Shown: positions 8,138-17,334 of the stretch, one piece after another
Layout of the letters: each line of letters begins with the position of its first letter
Position numbering within the stretch: the first letter of the stretch is position 1
Virus record (IMG/VR): IMGVR_UViG_3300020576_000847
Location: 48,094-68,093 of that record
Strand: one strand, 5' to 3'
DNA length: 20,000 nt
Source of the DNA: an uncultured virus (IMG/VR IMGVR_UViG_3300020576_000847)
Taxonomy: Duplodnaviria; Heunggongvirae; Uroviricota; Caudoviricetes
Notes under the pieces: model-generated
What the model saw: only the letters and a program-made list of their open reading frames with translations
The model's database searches: none
What the model was told of the DNA's origin: nothing
Translations under genes and position numbers: made by a program

Positions 8138-8968
8138 TTAGAAAGCGGCTCCAAGATCATCTAGAATTTTACCTTCACGTCGAGCCTGATCAATTTCAGC
8201 CTCAAGTTTTTCATACTCACGAATACTCATCTTCTCAATTTGAGACAGAGAAAATTTGTAAGTTTTATTAGTATCTTCTGCATTAGGTCTCGTCTGAGAA
8301 CTACGTCCCTGAGGGACAAATGCAGCATCTTCTAATTTATCTTTGGTCTTCTTGATCAGACCTTTAGCATTTTTATATTCAGTAATAGCTCTTGCAGCTT
8401 CAAGACCATCTGTATCTTGTTCATAAACAGCAGAGTAAATCTGTTGATCAATCTTGGAACGGGATAGTCTTTTCTCTTCAAACCAATTCTTAAAATCTTC
8501 TGTTTCTCTGATATCAAAGAAATCACTATGAATTTTAAGAAGGTCATCAAGAGCGCGTTCTCTTGCAAGAGCATAACGATCTTCCTTAAGAGTTTCAATT
8601 TCTCGAACAATCTCTTGAGGAACACCGGGTGACTTCTTCACAATAAGTGTCTCAATCATTCTAGCTACATCAGGGAATTTCTGAAGCCATGCTTCGAACT
8701 CTTCTTCAGTTGCAGGAAGTTCAGTTTTCTTATTTTCAGCAATTGCCTTATCTTTTTCAGCTAGCTGTTTCTTTAAGTCATTAATCTGTTTATCTGCATA
8801 ACTACGAAGATCAGAATACCTTTTACTCCAATTCGTATTATCACCAGATGGTTTTTCAGTTACTTCTTCATCTGTATTGGTATCCGGCCTCTTTTCAAGT
8901 TCAGCAAGTTCAGCATCAAGTTGTGCATCACGATTTTTAACAGTACTTACGAGTGAATAATCAGTCAT
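8138..8968 (-). CDS. Putative capsid scaffolding protein
   Basis: 276 aa, acidic and helical, with WSKRYSDLR and C-terminal IEKMSIREYEKLEAEIDQARREGKI motifs. It lies immediately upstream of the capsid gene. Confidence 0.8.
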   Translation of the reverse strand: MTDYSLVSTVKNRDAQLDAELAELEKRPDTNTDEEVTEKPSGDNTNWSKRYSDLRSYADKQINDLKKQLAEKDKAIAENKKTELPATEEEFEAWLQKFPDVARMIETLIVKKSPGVPQEIVREIETLKEDRYALARERALDDLLKIHSDFFDIRETEDFKNWFEEKRLSRSKIDQQIYSAVYEQDTDGLEAARAITEYKNAKGLIKKTKDKLEDAAFVPQGRSSQTRPNAEDTNKTYKFSLSQIEKMSIREYEKLEAEIDQARREGKILDDLGAAF

Positions 8969-9020
8969 TATTTTTCCTTTTCATGGGGCCTCCTACTTGA
9001 GGGTAGCCATTAATTATTAA

Positions 9021-9329
9021 TTACTTTAAAAAGAACTTAGCGTCTTTTATTTTATTATTTTTTGATAAAGTTCCCGGTTTGTTACTTTCTCTGAGTGTAC
9101 GATTATTAATCTTATAATCACCAGTATATTGAGCTAAACCGGGGTTTATATTATTCATTTGTTCATTAATATTTGGTTTTACTTTAGAAATAGGAGTTTT
9201 ATCTTTAAGTCTTTCATTAGTATTACCAATTAAATCTCTAATAAACTTTTGATCATCTAAAACATGTTTATATTCAGAAGGTGTTTGTTTCTGAACATTC
9301 TTAGACTGTCTGCGACCTTCTAATTTCAT
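9021..9329 (-). CDS. Hypothetical basic protein
   Basis: 102 aa, Lys/Asn-rich, abutting the upstream gene. Confidence 0.55.
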   Translation of the reverse strand: MKLEGRRQSKNVQKQTPSEYKHVLDDQKFIRDLIGNTNERLKDKTPISKVKPNINEQMNNINPGLAQYTGDYKINNRTLRESNKPGTLSKNNKIKDAKFFLK

Positions 9330-10295
9330 TTAGTATAAACCTCCTGTACCTCTATCTACTGCATCTCTAGCAGCATCAGAAAGCCCACCTCTACCACCAT
9401 TTAGAGAAGTATCACGTTCTCTTTCTTCAGTATGAGCAGACTCCTTAACGTTACTAAATCCTCTGTTGGAAGTTGAAGCAGAAGGGGCATCAGGAAACTG
9501 ATCATATTTACCACCTGATTTAGGTGAAGCTACAGTCATGTTACCAATTTTAGTAGTTTCTACATCATCATCAAATAAACTAGAGAAAATGTTACTAGCC
9601 ATTGATCTAATACCACTAAATAATCCCTTTTTAGACTCATCTTGATTCTTAGAAAGTTCAATATTTTCAGGGTTGGCAAATGATCTTTTTCTAGCTTCAT
9701 CAGGAGTTAATGCAGTTTTACCACTAGGGGTCATAGCCTCTAAAGAAACAGAATAAGGATTAGTTTTTCCTGCTTGATTAGTGATATCAACATTAGCTAC
9801 AAAACCTTGTCTGTCTTTAGCAATACCACTAAGAACATCCTTATTAGATAACCCTTCAATACCCATCATACCCCTAGCAGCAGAAACAGCGCCTACGTTA
9901 TTTGCATTTATTGTAGCATTGATACCTTTGCCTGCTAAACCTAAAGCACCGGGTAAATTAGATAACATGCCCATACCTGTAGGTTTGTCAAAATATCCAA
10001 AGTTATTAGAGGGGTCTCTGTGGTAATTATCTCCAGTAAAACCAGTACCTTGGCCTTCTAGTCTTCTCCATTCTTGCTGCTGTTCTTGTTCTCTACTATC
10101 TTTAACAGTTTCTGTAGGGGTTTTAGGGGTAATAGGAGAGTCTTGTGGTTGTTGATTTAACCCAAGACCATAATCTTCTAAATTAATTTGTTGCCAAGCA
10201 GGGATAATATTCTGTCCTGATATAGGTTGGCCTGTAACTGAATCAATCATCTCGATCTGACCAGTTTGTGGATTAACCCTTGGGAATGTGACCAT
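9330..10295 (-). CDS. Putative internal virion (ejection) protein
   Basis: 321 aa, low complexity, with a Gly/Ala-rich amphipathic segment. It lies between portal and scaffold. Confidence 0.55.
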   Translation of the reverse strand: MVTFPRVNPQTGQIEMIDSVTGQPISGQNIIPAWQQINLEDYGLGLNQQPQDSPITPKTPTETVKDSREQEQQQEWRRLEGQGTGFTGDNYHRDPSNNFGYFDKPTGMGMLSNLPGALGLAGKGINATINANNVGAVSAARGMMGIEGLSNKDVLSGIAKDRQGFVANVDITNQAGKTNPYSVSLEAMTPSGKTALTPDEARKRSFANPENIELSKNQDESKKGLFSGIRSMASNIFSSLFDDDVETTKIGNMTVASPKSGGKYDQFPDAPSASTSNRGFSNVKESAHTEERERDTSLNGGRGGLSDAARDAVDRGTGGLY

Positions 10296-10312
10296 TAGTT
10301 ACCCCTTTGATT

Positions 10313-12265
10313 TTAATTTTCATCTGTTTTCCCACTAGTTCTCCCACCGGATTTATCAGTAGAGCTAAAACCACCACCAACACCAGCAGTACCTACACCC
10401 CCAGCTCGGCCTCCACTAGAACCACTTGATTTGTTACCACCAGTAGAACCAGATTTACCAGAAGATTGGGCATCACCTGAAGATTTAGCCCCACCATAAG
10501 ATGAAGTACCTTTATCAGATGCTCCAGTGTTAGAGCTTGCAGCAAACCCGCCTCTGCCTCTACCACCTTGACTTTCACCATTAGCAGCAGAAACAGCAGA
10601 AGTCATATCTGCACCACTTCCAAATCTACCAAGATCGGGTCCGAAACCAGAACTATAAGACTGTCCAAAAGAACCGCCTTTAGAAGTAATACCTCCACCA
10701 CCAGGATCAGACGAGAAATTACCACCTCTCCTACTCTCTGAAGGGGCATCCATGTTACCTGTATTAGGTGCACCTGAATAAGTATGCATACTACTTGTTT
10801 CAGAATACCCCTTTTTACCTTCAGTTGATATCATAGCACCAATCATAGTTTCTCTTTGAGCCATTGAAAGATCAGAGAGTCTAGTATCAGCAGGAAGTCC
10901 TAAAGCTTTTGTTACATTAGAGATATAACTTTTTGTATTATTCTCTTCCGGAGGGGCATAGGAAGTGATAGCTTGTTCGATAGTCTTATTGATACTAGCA
11001 CTAAAGAGGAGGTCTTGCATTGCTGCTATACCTTGTTTAGGATCAGTAAACACAGCAAATCTACCATCATCACCTATTGCACCAAATCTTTCAGCTCTAG
11101 GACCCATCTCCAGATTTCCCGGATTATTATTTCTAGAACTACGATCTCCAGAACGAGTGGTAGTAGTGTAACCATTATCAATAGTAGTAAAACCTTTACC
11201 ACCTGAAACAGTAACCCCCGGATCAATCCCACTCTTTTGGGCTTCCATCGCAGCAATACTTCCAGCAGATAAACCAGCAACAGTATTTGGACCATAAGGT
11301 GCTCCTGTAGCTGTAGCAGGGGATTGAGGATCATTAGGGCCAAATGGAGTAGGAGCACCAAAAGTAGGTGTAGGTCCTATTCCAGTTGATCTAGCAAAAT
11401 CTAAATTATTAGCAAAGTTAGGGTCAATACCTCTACGAGAATTTCCTGCACCCCAAGAAGCAGGATCATTAGCCATATCAAGGTGCATAGTATTAGGTCC
11501 CATATACCCTTTATTATAACCAATACCTGCTGTAGGATTTCTAGCAGCAAAATCCATGGCAATATCTTCCATGGCAACTCTATTATTAACAGTTTTTCCT
11601 GATTGATCTTTTACTTGGAAATCAAGTGCATCACCTGCCCTGTGTCTATGAGAACCATAATTACCTTTACCTGAAGTCCCTACAACAGAAGAATTAGGTC
11701 CCATAACATTGCCAACTGAAGTTTGAATATTACTAATGATATCTGCATTAGGTCTATTAGGTCTATTAGGGCCATAAGACTCAATAAAGCCTACTCTAGC
11801 ATTCTTTCCATCTTCAGGAGTACTAGTTAAGTTAGCTAGTCCAGCACCTTTAGTAACCTCTCTGCCTGAACTTGATCTAGCAACTTCTGAAGTAGTTCTT
11901 GTTGGAGATACAGTTTGTGATTGAGAGTTGACAGAGGAAAGATTCGTAGAGCCTCCCCCTGCAACTGTAGCCCGAGAGCTTCCAGAACTAACGGGACTAA
12001 TACTATCAGAATTACTTACATTAGATAAACTCTGAGTCTGAGCATCTAGTCCTCTATCTGCAAGAGATGTTGGATTTAAAGGTTCTGGATCAGGGTCACT
12101 AATATTTTGAACCTGTTCGATATTCTGTTGATTAGCATTAATAACTTTATAATTACTAAGATCATCTATGGGTTGTAGAGTCTCAAGATCAATATAAATT
12201 AACCTGATATTACCAGAATCATCTGTAACTATTCTTTGTATTGCTCTCTTAGGCTGTTGTGCCAT
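10313..12265 (-). CDS. Putative internal virion protein with M15-like peptidase and lysozyme-like domains
   Basis: 650 aa. SHRHRAGDALDF...GIG...MHLD matches the M15 / Hedgehog-DD-peptidase zinc motifs. RNNNPGNL...GRFAVF...YAPPEENNT is a lysozyme-like motif set seen in phage virion proteins. Linkers are Ser/Gly-rich. Confidence 0.65.
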   Translation of the reverse strand: MAQQPKRAIQRIVTDDSGNIRLIYIDLETLQPIDDLSNYKVINANQQNIEQVQNISDPDPEPLNPTSLADRGLDAQTQSLSNVSNSDSISPVSSGSSRATVAGGGSTNLSSVNSQSQTVSPTRTTSEVARSSSGREVTKGAGLANLTSTPEDGKNARVGFIESYGPNRPNRPNADIISNIQTSVGNVMGPNSSVVGTSGKGNYGSHRHRAGDALDFQVKDQSGKTVNNRVAMEDIAMDFAARNPTAGIGYNKGYMGPNTMHLDMANDPASWGAGNSRRGIDPNFANNLDFARSTGIGPTPTFGAPTPFGPNDPQSPATATGAPYGPNTVAGLSAGSIAAMEAQKSGIDPGVTVSGGKGFTTIDNGYTTTTRSGDRSSRNNNPGNLEMGPRAERFGAIGDDGRFAVFTDPKQGIAAMQDLLFSASINKTIEQAITSYAPPEENNTKSYISNVTKALGLPADTRLSDLSMAQRETMIGAMISTEGKKGYSETSSMHTYSGAPNTGNMDAPSESRRGGNFSSDPGGGGITSKGGSFGQSYSSGFGPDLGRFGSGADMTSAVSAANGESQGGRGRGGFAASSNTGASDKGTSSYGGAKSSGDAQSSGKSGSTGGNKSSGSSGGRAGGVGTAGVGGGFSSTDKSGGRTSGKTDEN

Positions 12266-12485
12266 GTTTTCTTTCCTCTTGTTTCCATATATTCATGGCT
12301 ACATCAGCAGCACCAGTTAAACGACGAAGTTCAGCAATTCTACCTTGAAGTTCCTTAATAACATAGATATCAGATTCTTTTTCAAGAAGTAATCTAAGTT
12401 CTTCTATTCTTTCTTCAGAATAAGCAATTGCTGCACCTTTGAAATTACCAGAACCTAAGATAATACTAGCTACAGGTTTCTTCAC
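12249..12485 (-). CDS. Small conserved protein downstream of portal
   Basis: 78 aa helical protein with an IKELQGRIAELRRL motif. It overlaps both neighbouring genes. Confidence 0.7.
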   Translation of the reverse strand: MKKPVASIILGSGNFKGAAIAYSEERIEELRLLLEKESDIYVIKELQGRIAELRRLTGAADVAMNIWKQEERKHGTTA

Positions 12486-14602
12486 TGCATTCTACTCCCC
12501 GGAGGTTGATTATTAGGTGGAGTACCACCAGTTCCACCATTAGAACTAAATCCTTGTGAACCCGGATTAGGAGTAGTTGTAGGTGTATTAGGCCCTTGTG
12601 GGCCAGCAGGAGGAGGACTACCTTGAGCCATTTTATTAGGATCAATACCCATAGCTTCATTTAACTTTTTCATAGCTTCTGCCTGAAGAACAGCTTCTCT
12701 AGGATCATTAACTGCTTTATCAGGATCAATATCATTACTCTGGAAAAGTTCTCTCAAGATATAATCTCTACGAACAAAAGGAGCATCCATTGGATTAGCA
12801 GTAGTCTGAAGAGCCTGTTGAAGTCTTTGTGCTCTGATTTCATTTCTCATGAGACTTTCAGTTGCACGAGGAACAATATCAAGATCGCCTACAATTTCTT
12901 CATCAAAAAAGAATTGCATATTAAAAGCAAATAGAGAACGACCAAGAGGCATTAATAAATAATCATCAATGTTCTTGACAACTGTTTTGATGTTCTGAGC
13001 ACTTGCTCCCATAAGCATAGACATACCTGAAGCAGTTCTGCCAATACTCTGGATATTACTCTGGCCATGTGAATAACTAGGAATACCTGTAGCTTCATCT
13101 GCAAGCTGCCTTGCTTTATCAAATAGCATAAGACATTCAGTAGTCACATTATCCCATTTAAGAGAATGGATAGCCTGACCAGCATTTCCTTCTGTATAAT
13201 AAACTTTACCTGGTCGCATAGTCATATCCTGACCATCTTCAAGATAAGTTTTATTAACTTCAAAAGAGATATTTGAAGAAAGAATACCGTTATCAACAGC
13301 TAATCTCATAAAACCATTCATGAGAGTTTGAGTGTCTTCCATATTCTCTGCAACACCTACTCCAAATATAGAATAGGGGTTTAGTTCATAAGGACAGAGG
13401 AAATAAGGTATTCTAGCAGGAGTAAAAGGATTATAAGCCAGACGGATGATTCTATTGTTACAGATGAAGACATTAACCTGAACCTGATCTTTATCCTTAT
13501 AAACATTAGGAATTTTAATATCAGTCAGTTCTTCAAAATCCTTATCGGCAATACCCCAAAATTCTAGAACTTCATAAGATTCAGACTGATCTCTTGATTT
13601 ATAATCTTCAAGAGTGCTTTCCCAATATTCTGGTTCATAATTAGGGCCATCTTTGATAACTTCTTCGATGACATCTTCTCTAAAGTGAGGGCGATTCTTT
13701 AATGCTCTCAATTGGGTTTTATTCATCTTATGACGCTCAATTAAATATTCAGCATCTTCGATTTTAGTTACTTCTGGATCAGGGTAAAGATTCCAGATAG
13801 AAACATGATGAAAATCTGCTATTGTTTTCTCAATTGGAGAATAAGAGCCTTGATTATCCCACTTAGGGTATTCTTTCTTTTTAGCTACAGGGCCTTTATA
13901 AGCACCTGAACCAAGCAAAGCCATCTCAAAAACAGTCAACCTAAGCGTTTTATTAGCATCTGCTTCTGCAAGTTGATCAAAGAACTTCTTTTCCATCTTC
14001 TTAGCTGCCTCTTTGGCAGGTTCAAATGTAACAGAAGTAGGAGAAGTACCGGGGCCGTTCTTGAGTTTATCTTCAACACCTGAAAGTTTCTCTTTATAAG
14101 GTCCAAGTTCCTCTAAAATATCAGGGCGAACTATAGTATTAGTACTACCGCCTTGAGATTGAGGCTCTTGAGGGTCAAAATGAACACTCTCTGCAATTCC
14201 AAGAGGGACAGGAGAGGGTTCAATACCAAGAGGGAATTTATTATTACTGAATAAGATATCAATAATTTGAGAATAAGCGGCTAAGACTTTAGTTTTAGTA
14301 ATTTTCATAAAGATTTGAGATTTTTCAAACTCAGTAAAAGGGGCATACTGGCCTCTGTAGTTACTATAAGCTCTTAACCATCTCATTTCATCATTTCTAC
14401 GTCGATCTTTAGACCTTTCGAATCGTTCTTTGATATAAGAAACCAAAGGAGAGTGTTTTACTTCATCTTGAGGGTCTTTTGTATCCTTTAAGGTTTCAAC
14501 ATCATCAATAGCATGATCGATAGTAGCACCTGCGGTCATGAAACCTTCAAAAGATGACCCAAGTTTTCCGAAAGAGTTCGGAGTTTTATTTTCTATATCC
14601 AT
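12482..14602 (-). CDS. Portal protein
   Basis: 706 aa with KITKTKVLAAYSQI, SIWNLYPDP, PYELNPYSIFGVGVAENM and RTASGMSMLM motifs and a Pro/Gly-rich tail. It follows terL. Confidence 0.9.
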   Translation of the reverse strand: MDIENKTPNSFGKLGSSFEGFMTAGATIDHAIDDVETLKDTKDPQDEVKHSPLVSYIKERFERSKDRRRNDEMRWLRAYSNYRGQYAPFTEFEKSQIFMKITKTKVLAAYSQIIDILFSNNKFPLGIEPSPVPLGIAESVHFDPQEPQSQGGSTNTIVRPDILEELGPYKEKLSGVEDKLKNGPGTSPTSVTFEPAKEAAKKMEKKFFDQLAEADANKTLRLTVFEMALLGSGAYKGPVAKKKEYPKWDNQGSYSPIEKTIADFHHVSIWNLYPDPEVTKIEDAEYLIERHKMNKTQLRALKNRPHFREDVIEEVIKDGPNYEPEYWESTLEDYKSRDQSESYEVLEFWGIADKDFEELTDIKIPNVYKDKDQVQVNVFICNNRIIRLAYNPFTPARIPYFLCPYELNPYSIFGVGVAENMEDTQTLMNGFMRLAVDNGILSSNISFEVNKTYLEDGQDMTMRPGKVYYTEGNAGQAIHSLKWDNVTTECLMLFDKARQLADEATGIPSYSHGQSNIQSIGRTASGMSMLMGASAQNIKTVVKNIDDYLLMPLGRSLFAFNMQFFFDEEIVGDLDIVPRATESLMRNEIRAQRLQQALQTTANPMDAPFVRRDYILRELFQSNDIDPDKAVNDPREAVLQAEAMKKLNEAMGIDPNKMAQGSPPPAGPQGPNTPTTTPNPGSQGFSSNGGTGGTPPNNQPPGSRMQ

Positions 14603-14615
14603 TCATCTTTCCTAT

Positions 14616-16604
14616 TTAATACCCAAATATAGGGTCTAAGACCGTTTGACTATGATAATTATGATGATATTTCCTTGTAGGAGCAGGTTCCCAACCACTT
14701 GGGGCTTTAGGACGAGATAAAATACCATATCTGATACTATCATAAGCATGATCACTAGTGAATTTAGGATCAATATCGTCTGTCCCATCGGGATCGGTAG
14801 GAATAACAGGAAGATCGGCTAATATTTGTCTACAAGTATCAAAGAAAATAATACCCGGACGTTTAGTAACTGGATCAACTCTAAGTAATTCATGTAATCT
14901 CATACGTCCATGGACTCTACTTGTAGGGAATTTATTATCAGCAGGTCTCCATTTACATCCAGCTTTGATCATTTCCTCTGCTGGTGACATGCCTGTTGCA
15001 CCTCTTCTAGCCCAAGTACTGAAATCAAGAACACCATAAGATATTCTCTCACCTTTTTCTAATTCAAGAACTCTTTTGGCAACTTCAGTAGCAGTCATTT
15101 TAGTCACATATAATTCTCTGTAGACTACTAATTGACCATCTATAGGGTCGATTGCATACCAATGAACAGCAGTACCTGATCTATCAGAATAACCCCAATC
15201 ACATGATCTGAATCTTCTCCAATCACTAGGGATGACTCTAGGTCTACAAACATGTAAGTCTGTTCTGAATTCAGAGAAGGCAGCGCCATCAGCTATATTC
15301 CAATCACCTTCAAGTAACTGTCTACGCTGTTGTTCTGGAAGAGACAGAAGACCAGCTTCATAATTACCATCTTCATACAGATAAGGATTATCAGATAACT
15401 TACTTGGAATAAACCTGCGTCTGAAGATTGGTTTCCCTGCTTTACTTTCATCTGAATGATTATCAGGAAAACGAATTATTTCACCTTCTGAGTTTCTAGC
15501 CCAAAAAGAATAATTAAATGGGGCTGGATCAATAAACATTTGTTTAACCCAACCATGTCCTGGACCACCGGGGTTAGTAGTTGCTCTCATAAACAGAGAG
15601 TTCTCTAGTCCTGAACCTTTCTTCGCACGTAGACGAGATTTAAGTTTTACCCAAGGTTCTGGTGTAGGCCACTGAGTCAACTCATCAAATGCTATATATG
15701 TATATTCCTGACCAATAAACCTTTTGAAATCTCTATCATCATCAAAATAGGTCATCCAGAGTTTAGCACCTGAAGGAAAAGTCCATGTAGATTTCTGAAC
15801 ATGGAATTGAACATCTTTACCAAATAAAGCAGGGTAAAGCTCTTCTGATTTCTTTATCAAATCTCTAAGTTCATCATTAGTTCTACGGAGGATTAATCCA
15901 TTGAAGTGTTTATTATGAACAAATCTGAGAACATCAGCAAGTAAAGCCATCGATTTCCCGCCGCCTGCTGCTCCTCCGAAGAGGACCTCTTGTTCTTCAG
16001 CAGCAAGGAATTCTGTCTGTGGTCCGGGGTTAGGCTCAAAAGCAATTGGTACATCTTCGGTAAATGTGCTCTTATCAAGTTCCATGGGAGGAAGATCGAT
16101 AACAGGAGAAAATGATTCAATATGCTCTTGTTCTTTTACTTTTAATGTACCCTCAAGTTTAGCTATTTGTTTTTCAATTGCTTTCTTTGATTTCTTGATA
16201 TTAGCAATTTTCTGTTTGATAAGCCTTTGAGTTTTCTTTGTTCTAGTTACAGGTTTATTATAAGAAGGATTGATCTTTCTGATGTAGTCAGGACGGTATT
16301 GAGTTCTCAGTTTCTTAAGCCCAGCGTGAGACAGAGAAAGATCAATCCCATGTTTTTGTAAGTTATAGTTAAAACTATCGGCTGCCTCTCTTAAGGAGAT
16401 ACCGTTGTCTAACTGATCTAAGGCTACTGAGAGACAGGAGAAGATTACCGGATCAGCGACAAGGAGACTGGGATCACCTCCCTTCTTTGAATACCCAAAT
16501 GGGGGTCTTACACCTAAGTTTGGAATTTCTTTGGGATACCATTCTGTATCCTCCTTACTTACATTTACCTGTATGTTTTCTTCCACACTTCTTGCACTTA
16601 CCAT
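14616..16604 (-). CDS. terL: Terminase large subunit with N-terminal extension
   Basis: Walker A GGAAGGGKS, Walker B YIAFDE, coupling motif RATTNPGG, nuclease motifs SCDWGY and DHAYDSIRY. About 185 extra N-terminal residues; the start codon is uncertain. Confidence 0.93.
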   Translation of the reverse strand: MVSARSVEENIQVNVSKEDTEWYPKEIPNLGVRPPFGYSKKGGDPSLLVADPVIFSCLSVALDQLDNGISLREAADSFNYNLQKHGIDLSLSHAGLKKLRTQYRPDYIRKINPSYNKPVTRTKKTQRLIKQKIANIKKSKKAIEKQIAKLEGTLKVKEQEHIESFSPVIDLPPMELDKSTFTEDVPIAFEPNPGPQTEFLAAEEQEVLFGGAAGGGKSMALLADVLRFVHNKHFNGLILRRTNDELRDLIKKSEELYPALFGKDVQFHVQKSTWTFPSGAKLWMTYFDDDRDFKRFIGQEYTYIAFDELTQWPTPEPWVKLKSRLRAKKGSGLENSLFMRATTNPGGPGHGWVKQMFIDPAPFNYSFWARNSEGEIIRFPDNHSDESKAGKPIFRRRFIPSKLSDNPYLYEDGNYEAGLLSLPEQQRRQLLEGDWNIADGAAFSEFRTDLHVCRPRVIPSDWRRFRSCDWGYSDRSGTAVHWYAIDPIDGQLVVYRELYVTKMTATEVAKRVLELEKGERISYGVLDFSTWARRGATGMSPAEEMIKAGCKWRPADNKFPTSRVHGRMRLHELLRVDPVTKRPGIIFFDTCRQILADLPVIPTDPDGTDDIDPKFTSDHAYDSIRYGILSRPKAPSGWEPAPTRKYHHNYHSQTVLDPIFGY

Positions 16605-16623
16605 CAGTCTTCTTGTCTTTCAT
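16555..16623 (-). CDS. Putative 22-aa basic CCHC peptide MKDKKTDGKCKKCGRKHTGKCK
   Basis: SD AAGGAG overlaps the terS stop, 6 nt before ATG 16623. Pattern C-x2-C-x3-H-x3-C. Below the ORF-track length cutoff. Confidence 0.5.
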   Translation of the reverse strand: MKDKKTDGKCKKCGRKHTGKCK

Positions 16624-16633
16624 TTTAGTCTCC

Positions 16634-17050
16634 TTATTCCGATTCGTTATATACCTTTACCTCAACAGAACCTTTGGGAGGCAGAAGAATAACACCTCCG
16701 GGGGCTTTAAGATCAGATATACTAGCTTCACTCTTCTTAGTCACACCTGCTCTATCAAGAACATCCTGAGCAACTTTGAGAAGAGTACTGCCAGCATTAA
16801 CTCCGGGATTCTCTAAAAGTTCTCCCATCTTGACAGCAGCTTTAGGGGCATTCATCAGAATTATCTTATTTGCTCTGTCCTTGATTTCTTCAGATAAAGA
16901 GGTAATGATTTCAGCTACTGAAGTGTATTCACTATACCCTGCCTTCCTCATAGCTTTTCTATAATCACCACCTACTTCTGGGGAGAAAAGAGCATCCAAG
17001 AAAGCCTTCTGACCTTCTGTATATTCTCTCTCTTTCTTTTCATTACTCAT
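16634..17050 (-). CDS. terS: Terminase small subunit
   Basis: 138 aa with an N-terminal HTH-like segment (YTEGQKAFLDAL...AMRKAGYS), then DVLDRAG and C-terminal ILLPPK. Upstream of terL; SD AAGGA. Confidence 0.8.
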   Translation of the reverse strand: MSNEKKEREYTEGQKAFLDALFSPEVGGDYRKAMRKAGYSEYTSVAEIITSLSEEIKDRANKIILMNAPKAAVKMGELLENPGVNAGSTLLKVAQDVLDRAGVTKKSEASISDLKAPGGVILLPPKGSVEVKVYNESE

Positions 17051-17334
17051 TTGTTAAATCCTTTATTGTGTATGTAACTTTTAAGTATAATTTTACAGGC
17101 TAAAAATCTAGAAAATTTGTCCAGTGGCTTAGATAAAAATGTTAAGCCCCCTTGGTTCCTCTCCCTATAGTATACCCCTAGTATATCTCCCTCAAAGCCT
17201 TATATTACCTGGATTTCAGAAGTAATAGAAGAATAAAACAGAAAGAAAAATAGAATAGATTTTAGACCTAAGGTATTTCCATCGGAGAAATATTTAAGAG
17301 TTATTCATCTGGTAATATCATCAAGTATTGTAGT

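Noticed and set aside
9290..9329. MKLEGRRQSKNV resembling the N-terminus of YpfJ-type zinc peptidases
   Set aside because: The similarity is limited to about 12 residues, there is no HExxH motif, and the protein is too short.
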